NCBI GenBank assembly: GCA_016432285.1
Contig: CP066682.1
Span: forward strand, 602,274 to 666,273
Length of the DNA stretch: 64,000 nucleotides
Source: Candidatus Kaiserbacteria bacterium
Lineage (GTDB): Bacteria > Patescibacteriota > Minisyncoccia > Phycocordibacterales > UBA2100
Direction of reading: 5' to 3'
Part shown: piece by piece, positions 58,365 through 64,000 of the stretch
Layout of the letters: every line of letters starts with the position of its first letter
Position numbering within the stretch: position 1 is the stretch's first letter
Notes under the pieces: model-generated
What the model saw: only the letters and a program-made list of their open reading frames with translations
Told to the model about the DNA's origin: nothing
Databases searched by the model: none
Program-made: the position numbers and the translations under genes

Positions 58365-58446
58365 GGGCGAGTGGCGGAACTGGTACACGCGCACGGCTTA
58401 GGACCGTGTCCCGAAAGGGATGAGAGTTCGAGTCTCTCCTCGCCCA
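58365..58446 (+). tRNA. tRNA-Leu(TAG)
   Basis: GGGCGAG/CTCGCCC, CACGG-CT-TAG-GA-CCGTG. Confidence 0.95.
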
Positions 58447-58472
58447 CACTTCGACAAGCTCAGTGTAAACAC

Positions 58473-59291
58473 ATGGATTTCAAATACTTTTCCAAGAATG
58501 GCGTGGCCCTTCCTTTGGCCGAAGCGGTCGTGCCGCTTTCGAATATCGAATACCAATACGGCTTCGGGGTGTACGAAAACGTGCGGGTCGTGCGCGGCCG
58601 GCCGCTCTTTCTCGACGATCACGTTGAGCGGCTCGAAGAATCGGCGCGGATCATCGGTCTCGAGCATCCGTTCGAAAGTACTGCGATACATCATAGTGTC
58701 GACGAATTGATCGCGAAGAATGAGATCGACACTGCAAATCTGAAGCTGCTTCTCCTCGGCGGCCGCAGCGAGGCAGAAGCGAGCCTTTTTATACTCCCCC
58801 TCAATCCCCTTTTCCCCGACAAAAAAATCTATCGCGACGGCGTGCTCTTGGTGAGCCACCAGTACGAACGGCTCTTTCCGCACGCGAAGACTCTCAACAT
58901 GCTCGGGAGCTTCCTCGCCTACCGCAAGGCGAAAGCGGCAGACGCGTACGATGCGCTCTTGATCGACCGCCAAGGCTTCGTCACCGAAGGCACCCGCACC
59001 AACTTCTTCGCGCTCAAAGGGAAAACGATTTATTCGCCTCCGGAATCCGAGATTCTCCTCGGTGTTACCCGGAAGTACGTGCTTGAGGCCGCGCATAGGA
59101 GCGGATTCGCGCTAGAGGAAAGAAAGATCACTCTTGCGGACCTGAAGGAATACGACGCCGCGTTCATCACGAGTACCTCTTCAAAAATCCTTCCGGTGCG
59201 GCAAATCGACGACGCCTCGGTCGACGTGAGCGCGCCCGCGCTGCGGGAGCTGATGACTGCGTTCGACGACTTTTTACAAAAGACTACTTGA
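58473..59291 (+). CDS. Class IV aminotransferase (IlvE/Dat/PabC family)
   Basis: YGFGVYE, HVERL, AKTLN, EGTRTN, LLGVTR, FITSTS. Confidence 0.92.
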   Translation: MDFKYFSKNGVALPLAEAVVPLSNIEYQYGFGVYENVRVVRGRPLFLDDHVERLEESARIIGLEHPFESTAIHHSVDELIAKNEIDTANLKLLLLGGRSEAEASLFILPLNPLFPDKKIYRDGVLLVSHQYERLFPHAKTLNMLGSFLAYRKAKAADAYDALLIDRQGFVTEGTRTNFFALKGKTIYSPPESEILLGVTRKYVLEAAHRSGFALEERKITLADLKEYDAAFITSTSSKILPVRQIDDASVDVSAPALRELMTAFDDFLQKTT

Positions 59292-59601
59292 AGCCGCCGC
59301 CGGGCGCGGAGAGATTGTTGAGGCCCGAGGTGTCGAAGCCCTGCCCGCTCAAGGCGCCGAGATTGAAGGTGTTGTCGAGGAGCGCCAGGATGCCGTAGAC
59401 CGACACCATGATCACCATGCCGATGATGCCCCAAAGCATGTGCCGTACGCCGTCCTCGCGCTTACCGCCCTCGTCGAGCCCGAGCACGAACTGCACGAGC
59501 CCCCACATAAACATAAAAAAACCGGCGGCGAATACGACGAGTATCGCCGGATTGATGATGTAGGTGACGAATCGTCCGAGGATCGTTGCGGCTTCTTGCA
59601 T
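59284..59601 (-). CDS. CPR pilin-like protein
   Basis: FFMFMWGLVQF, HMLWGIIGMVIMVSVYGI. Confidence 0.82.
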   Translation of the reverse strand: MQEAATILGRFVTYIINPAILVVFAAGFFMFMWGLVQFVLGLDEGGKREDGVRHMLWGIIGMVIMVSVYGILALLDNTFNLGALSGQGFDTSGLNNLSAPGGGFK

Positions 59602-59633
59602 GCGCCGGAAGTGGCCCTTACGGGCTCACCGCG

Positions 59634-60002
59634 TTAGTTGGAGTAGTAACCCGGATTCACCTGGATGCCCTTGGGGATGATCGGATCGGTGGAGGTAACC
59701 TTGAGGGTGCTCTGGAGGAGGCGGATGATGCCCCAGATACTCACCATCACGAAGATAGCGATGAGGCCCCAGAACATGATTTTGAGGCTCTCGTGCGCGT
59801 TCTCCGTGTCCATGCTCCAGAGGTACTTGATGAGCCCCCAAAAGAAGACAACGATCGCGAGCGTGATGAAAAGGCCGATGATGCCGTTGAGGAAGGTGCT
59901 CACGAAGACGAGCGTGTCCTGAAGCGTGGCGGCCGCGGCGAGAGCAGGGAGCGCGAGCGACAGGGCGGCAATCGACGAAACGGCTGCAAAACGTGAACGC
60001 AT
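59634..60002 (-). CDS. CPR pilin-like protein
   Basis: LPALAAA signal; FFWGLIKY, MFWGLIAIFVMVSIWGI. Confidence 0.85.
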   Translation of the reverse strand: MRSRFAAVSSIAALSLALPALAAAATLQDTLVFVSTFLNGIIGLFITLAIVVFFWGLIKYLWSMDTENAHESLKIMFWGLIAIFVMVSIWGIIRLLQSTLKVTSTDPIIPKGIQVNPGYYSN

Positions 60003-60113
60003 AAATAGTGCTGATTAGGTTAGAGTAGTAGCTTCATGGTAGCCGTCCATGGCCAAAATACAATCAGCTTCCCACGCCGCTGTGGATAAAGCCGGCAGCG
60101 GGAAATAGCTGCG

Positions 60114-60521
60114 CTAGTGCTCGTCGTCTCTTCCTCCCTCCTTCTTTTTCTTCGGGGCCGCGGCGGTGCGGAGTATCACCACGGCCATCGCGCCGATGAG
60201 CAGCACGCCGAGCACGAAGAGCGCCTGCTGCGTGTACCAATGGAAGAGCCGCACGAGCCCCAAGAGCACGATGAGCACGAAGGCCATCGTAACGGCCCAC
60301 TCAAGCACGCGGATAGCCGTCTCCCGGTGCGTGGGCCAGGTGCCGAGGCGCGCGAGATAAACGAAGAATCCGGCGGCAAAAGTGAGGAGTATCGCCACCA
60401 GAAAGAGGCCGACGAAAAGATAGAAGAGTCCCAAAAGCTGCGGCACGGTCATCGCCTCGGCTGGCTGCGGAAACAAGGTGGCGAGAAAGAGGAGTGGGGC
60501 GCTGCGAACGATGAACCTCAT
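60114..60521 (-). CDS. Pilin-like membrane protein
   Basis: PQPAEA signal, 3 TM; in the pilin operon. Confidence 0.7.
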   Translation of the reverse strand: MRFIVRSAPLLFLATLFPQPAEAMTVPQLLGLFYLFVGLFLVAILLTFAAGFFVYLARLGTWPTHRETAIRVLEWAVTMAFVLIVLLGLVRLFHWYTQQALFVLGVLLIGAMAVVILRTAAAPKKKKEGGRDDEH

Positions 60522-60925
60522 ATTGCTTGTACACCGTACTGGTCGATGGTGCCGGGCCGCGTGGTGCCACCGCTGCCGCCGCTGCTACAGACGTTGATCG
60601 GCTGCCCTCCCTCGCCAACGCCGTTGTCGAAGAGCGTATTTTTCACGATCGCCACAATGCCCCAGATGCTGAACATGACAAAGAGAATGATGAGTCCCCA
60701 AAAGAAGTAGGCCTTCACCTTTTCGTGATCCTTCTCCTCCCCGAAATGCCCGATGTTGGTCGCGATGCCGTAAAAGTAGGCGACGAGGCCGAGGAGGATC
60801 ACGGTCATCGTGGCCGTATCGAGAATGCTCACCACCGTGCAGGCGAGTTCGGTGAATGTCTTCGGCGCCGCGAGCGCGACGCCGGGCAAAAAAAGCGTGA
60901 GTGCCGCGAGTACCGCCCGCTTCAT
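60518..60925 (-). CDS. CPR pilin-like protein
   Basis: LPGVALA signal; FFWGLIILFVMFSIWGIV. Confidence 0.85.
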   Translation of the reverse strand: MKRAVLAALTLFLPGVALAAPKTFTELACTVVSILDTATMTVILLGLVAYFYGIATNIGHFGEEKDHEKVKAYFFWGLIILFVMFSIWGIVAIVKNTLFDNGVGEGGQPINVCSSGGSGGTTRPGTIDQYGVQAI

Positions 60926-60929
60926 ACAA

Positions 60930-61283
60930 TCAGCCAGTGAGTTGCCGCACAGTGCCAGCGATTAGAGTGGCCAGCACCCACGCCCCCATGATGAGGAGCG
61001 CGCCGAGTATCACGTAGACGAAATTGCGCTTCGCGGTTTCAAGCTCCCCCGGATTCCCCTGTGCCGTGATGAACTTGAAGCCCGCGATCACCACGAAGAG
61101 CGTGATGATGGGAATCGCGATCATCACGAGCACTTTCATCGCGCCCGCCACAAAGGAAGCGATGTCGGAAAAGTTGAGCGGATTTTTGAGCGCAACTTCG
61201 GCGCTGCTTACAAGCGGGAGCAGCAAAAAGAGCGCCGAGCCAGCAGCGGCGGTCGCACGTGCTATGAATCGTGATCGTGTCAT
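60930..61283 (-). CDS. CPR pilin-like protein (TrbC/VirB2-like)
   Basis: LKNPL, AGFKFITAQGNP..LETAK, ILGALLIMGAW. Confidence 0.87.
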   Translation of the reverse strand: MTRSRFIARATAAAGSALFLLLPLVSSAEVALKNPLNFSDIASFVAGAMKVLVMIAIPIITLFVVIAGFKFITAQGNPGELETAKRNFVYVILGALLIMGAWVLATLIAGTVRQLTG

Positions 61284-62584
61284 TGTCCTAAAATCACGGC
61301 GAGCTCCTGATTCGCGCGCTGGATGGATTCGGTGATGCGCAAAGCCCCGCTCGTCACGCCCTCAATCATAGCGCGGAAAATCGAATCGGTTTTCTGCGGA
61401 TCGGGATCGGTCCAGGATTTCGCAACGATCGCCTGCTTGTTGAAAAGATCTTCGCTCCCTTCGAGCCGCGGCTGCGAAAGAAGGTCGCGCCGCGCCGAGG
61501 GTATCCCGAGCGCCGTCGAGAGCGCGGCGGAAACTTCGCGCGCCGCGAGGAGCGTGGCGACCGTGATCGCGCCCTGCGGATTCTTGCTCGTGCGCGTCGT
61601 GGCGAGGCCCCACACGTGCGCGGCGGTGATCGCGCGCTCCGCGCCCTGCACCTGCGGCACCGGAGCGACGCTGAAATTGAGGTTGGGGTTCATGCGGGAG
61701 ATGAGCGGGGCTTCGCTCGCGTAGCCAAAGTAGAGCGCGAGATCCCCCGCCGCGAAGGCGGCACGCGCCTCCGGAAGCGCCCTGCTCCATGAGTAGTCGG
61801 CCTTCGACGGATCCGCAAACTCGGTATAGAAGCGGATCGCGCTCTCTACGGCTTGGCTCGTGCCGACGCCGGTGCGCTGCGAGAGCGAAGGGACGAGACG
61901 GCCGGTGTTGTCTCTCGAAGTGATCGAGCCGCCGGCCTGTAGGATGAGTGTGGCGATGATGTCTTTGGCGTTGTTCACATTCTGGTATTCGCCGAAGGCA
62001 ACCGCCGCCTTCGTGATTGAGCCGGATTCGTTTTTCTTGACCACGGCCTTCGCGATGTCGTTGAGCTCGCTCCAGACTTTCGGCGCCTGCGCGAACCCGG
62101 CAGTCGCAAGCACATCTTTGTTCCAGTACATCACGAGAGGGTCCGCGAGGATCGGCGCAGCGAGCGCGCCACTCGGCGTGAAGTACGGGTCCGCCGCTTC
62201 CACAAAGACATTTTTGAATTGCGCCTCCGGCAGCAGGCTCGTGGGTATCGCCACCACCTTGCCGCTATCGCGCATCGCGTAGTCCTGTCGGAGGAGAAAG
62301 AGATCAGGGCCGGTGCCGCTCGCGAGCGCGTTCAAGAGCTCCTCCTCGTAGGTCTCGCTGTCCTTCTCCACGTACGTTACTTGCCCGAGGCGGCTGTCGT
62401 CTTCGGCGACCTGCCGGATTACCGCCGCGAAGGCGCTCGGATTGAGGGGGCCCCAAATCGTGATCGGCCCGATGCCGCTGCCGCCGCCTCCGCCCACAAA
62501 GAGAGCGAAGATAAGAATCCCGGCGACGCCAAAAGCGCCGAAGGCCGCTAGCAGAATCACCTGGAACGGGGAGAAATTTTTCAT
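61280..62584 (-). CDS. Membrane-anchored extracellular solute-binding protein (family 1)
   Basis: ITIWG, LASGTGPDLF, DPLVMYWNKD, FAAGDLALYFG. Confidence 0.88.
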   Translation of the reverse strand: MKNFSPFQVILLAAFGAFGVAGILIFALFVGGGGGSGIGPITIWGPLNPSAFAAVIRQVAEDDSRLGQVTYVEKDSETYEEELLNALASGTGPDLFLLRQDYAMRDSGKVVAIPTSLLPEAQFKNVFVEAADPYFTPSGALAAPILADPLVMYWNKDVLATAGFAQAPKVWSELNDIAKAVVKKNESGSITKAAVAFGEYQNVNNAKDIIATLILQAGGSITSRDNTGRLVPSLSQRTGVGTSQAVESAIRFYTEFADPSKADYSWSRALPEARAAFAAGDLALYFGYASEAPLISRMNPNLNFSVAPVPQVQGAERAITAAHVWGLATTRTSKNPQGAITVATLLAAREVSAALSTALGIPSARRDLLSQPRLEGSEDLFNKQAIVAKSWTDPDPQKTDSIFRAMIEGVTSGALRITESIQRANQELAVILGQ

Positions 62585-63165
62585 ACGGAGGCGACGTACG
62601 CGGGCCGCAGCAGAAGGCCGTAGTGATGCGCCCCCACCGAAAATTCCCGCAAGAGCGCGAGCCCCGCCCCACCAGCGAGGGCGAGCGCTGCTTCTTTTTT
62701 GACCACTTCCTCTTTCACGGGGCCGAGGCCGCCAAACGAATCGCTCCAGTCGATCACTGCCACGCTGCCGCCGGGCTTCACGATGCGGCGTGCTTCGCGG
62801 AGCGCCGGGATTTTGTCGGGGAGTTGAAACAAGAGATTGGAGATGAGCACGAGGTCGATGCTCTGGTCGGCGAGCTTCGAGGCGCGAGGCGCTTCAAGAT
62901 CGGTCCAGATCACCTCGACGTTTTTCAGGCCGCGATGCGCGGCTTCGTTGGCGGTGCGCCGCAAGAGATCCCGCTGCACGTCGATCGCGTACACGCGACC
63001 GCTTCCTTCGAGTCTCTCCGCGATCGCGAGCGTGTAGGCGCCGCTCCCCGAGCCGAAATCGGCAACTTGAAACCCGGCCTGAATGCCGAGCGAGGAAATA
63101 GCGCGCTTTGGCTGTGCGAAGCCCTCCGTGCGAAGCGGAGTCCGATGATGTGCAGTCTTCTGCAT
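62581..63165 (-). CDS. Class I SAM-dependent methyltransferase
   Basis: ADFGSGSG, YAIDVQ, IVKPGG, VIDW, HHYG. Confidence 0.9.
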   Translation of the reverse strand: MQKTAHHRTPLRTEGFAQPKRAISSLGIQAGFQVADFGSGSGAYTLAIAERLEGSGRVYAIDVQRDLLRRTANEAAHRGLKNVEVIWTDLEAPRASKLADQSIDLVLISNLLFQLPDKIPALREARRIVKPGGSVAVIDWSDSFGGLGPVKEEVVKKEAALALAGGAGLALLREFSVGAHHYGLLLRPAYVASV

Positions 63166-63247
63166 CCTCTCTATTATATCCGCGTATGAAGCGTATGGTG
63201 GCTTATGAGCGCGGAATCTGGGGAAATAGAATCACGCATCGGGAACC

Positions 63248-63279
63248 AAAAAGAAACCGCGGCGCTTCGCGCCGCGGCA
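63248..63279 (-). terminator. Intrinsic terminator
   Basis: CCGCGGCGC/GCGCCGCGG stem with TTTCTTTTT on the minus strand. Confidence 0.75.
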
Positions 63280-63301
63280 TTTCAAAAAACGAATGGACAA
63301 T

Positions 63302-63751
63302 TTAGTCGTCCGGCTTCCAGCCGCGTACGACCCACTTGCGGATCTGCACCTCAAATACTTCCGTGCGACCTCCTTCCCTTTTCACGCGGTTGACGGCGAG
63401 AAAGAGATTCGGTAAGCGCTTGATGAGCTTCTGCGTTTGCCGCAGCACGGCGAGGCGGTTTTTATCGAACCGGATCGGTTGGTTGCCGCCCATGAGAAGC
63501 AGTCGAAGCACTCCCTTCCTGATACTGTCTGGTTCGAGCATCGCCATGACGCGCTCAATGCGGCTGGTGTCGAGCTCCGAGAGCACCGATGTATGCGCCT
63601 CGGAGAGCACTTCGAAGCGCACACGCACCTGCTGCTCGGGAAATGGCACGGCGTTGGCCCCGCCCCACTCCACAGCCAGCGCGAGAAGACGCGCTTCCAT
63701 TTGAGCGCGCCGCGCTTCAAACGTTGTCTTTTCGACCATCACGACCTCCAC
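63302..63751 (-). CDS. Hypothetical protein
   Basis: ORF between gyrA and terminator; start uncertain. Confidence 0.55.
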   Translation of the reverse strand: MEVVMVEKTTFEARRAQMEARLLALAVEWGGANAVPFPEQQVRVRFEVLSEAHTSVLSELDTSRIERVMAMLEPDSIRKGVLRLLLMGGNQPIRFDKNRLAVLRQTQKLIKRLPNLFLAVNRVKREGGRTEVFEVQIRKWVVRGWKPDD

Positions 63752-63808
63752 GATGGATGCGCGGAATTGCGCCCACGCGATTAGAGCACAAACAGTGTGA
63801 GGAGTACA

Positions 63809-64000
63809 TTACTCGCCCGCGTCGGCTTCGAAAACGACGAATGATGCAACACTGTCGCCTTCGCGCATTTTCATGACCCGCACTCCCTGCGTCGCGCGCG
63901 AGAGTGAGGGGATCTCGTCGAGCCCCGTGCGGATCGTCTGCGATTTCTTGGACATCGCGACGAGTTCTCCCCCTTTGGCGATCACTGCGCCGCCGACAAG
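63809..64000 (-). CDS. gyrA: DNA gyrase subunit A, C-terminal end (partial)
   Basis: Translates to ...QTIRTGLDEIPSLSRATQGVRVMKMREGDSVASFVVFEADAGE*, a beta-pinwheel blade. Confidence 0.85.
   Translation of the reverse strand, partial: LVGGAVIAKGGELVAMSKKSQTIRTGLDEIPSLSRATQGVRVMKMREGDSVASFVVFEADAGE

Noticed and set aside
1-64000. CRISPR array, IS/transposase, prophage, rRNA, stop-codon recoding
   Set aside because: No regular repeats or hallmark genes seen; TGA, TAG and TAA all end conserved genes normally

Overview
High-GC bacterial chromosomal window using genetic code 11. Gene content suggests Patescibacteria/CPR (Parcubacteria-like; inference): an array of VirB2-like pilins, short IF2 and DnaX, a class F sortase and fragmentary biosynthesis. 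It carries core genes (serS, dprA-topA, rel, parB, miaA, gpmA, eno, rpmG, clpB, iscS-like, infB-rbfA, dnaX, dus, zwf-gnd, 3' end of gyrA), eight tRNAs, an undecaprenyl-phosphate recycling operon, and partial amino-acid/purine modules (purF, argG/argH, hisG/hisIE, lysC-asd, gdh, class IV aminotransferase). The most striking signals are two candidate ribosome-sensing attenuators. (1) A leaderless 20-aa peptide with CGA-CGA-CGA, a 24-nt antiterminator and a terminator precedes a 54-aa ORF, argG and a pentein hydrolase. (2) A TrpR/YerC (HisR-like) repressor gene has tandem operators over its own promoter, and its only His codon plus its 3' end form a terminator/antiterminator switch in front of hisG-hisIE, so the repressor CDS may double as the leader peptide. 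Also seen: widespread leaderless starts on core genes versus SD-led accessory genes, short palindromes in-frame inside core proteins, a structured element after tRNA-Leu(TAA), and two single-base frame disruptions. All calls come from reading the sequence by eye; no searches or folding programs were run.
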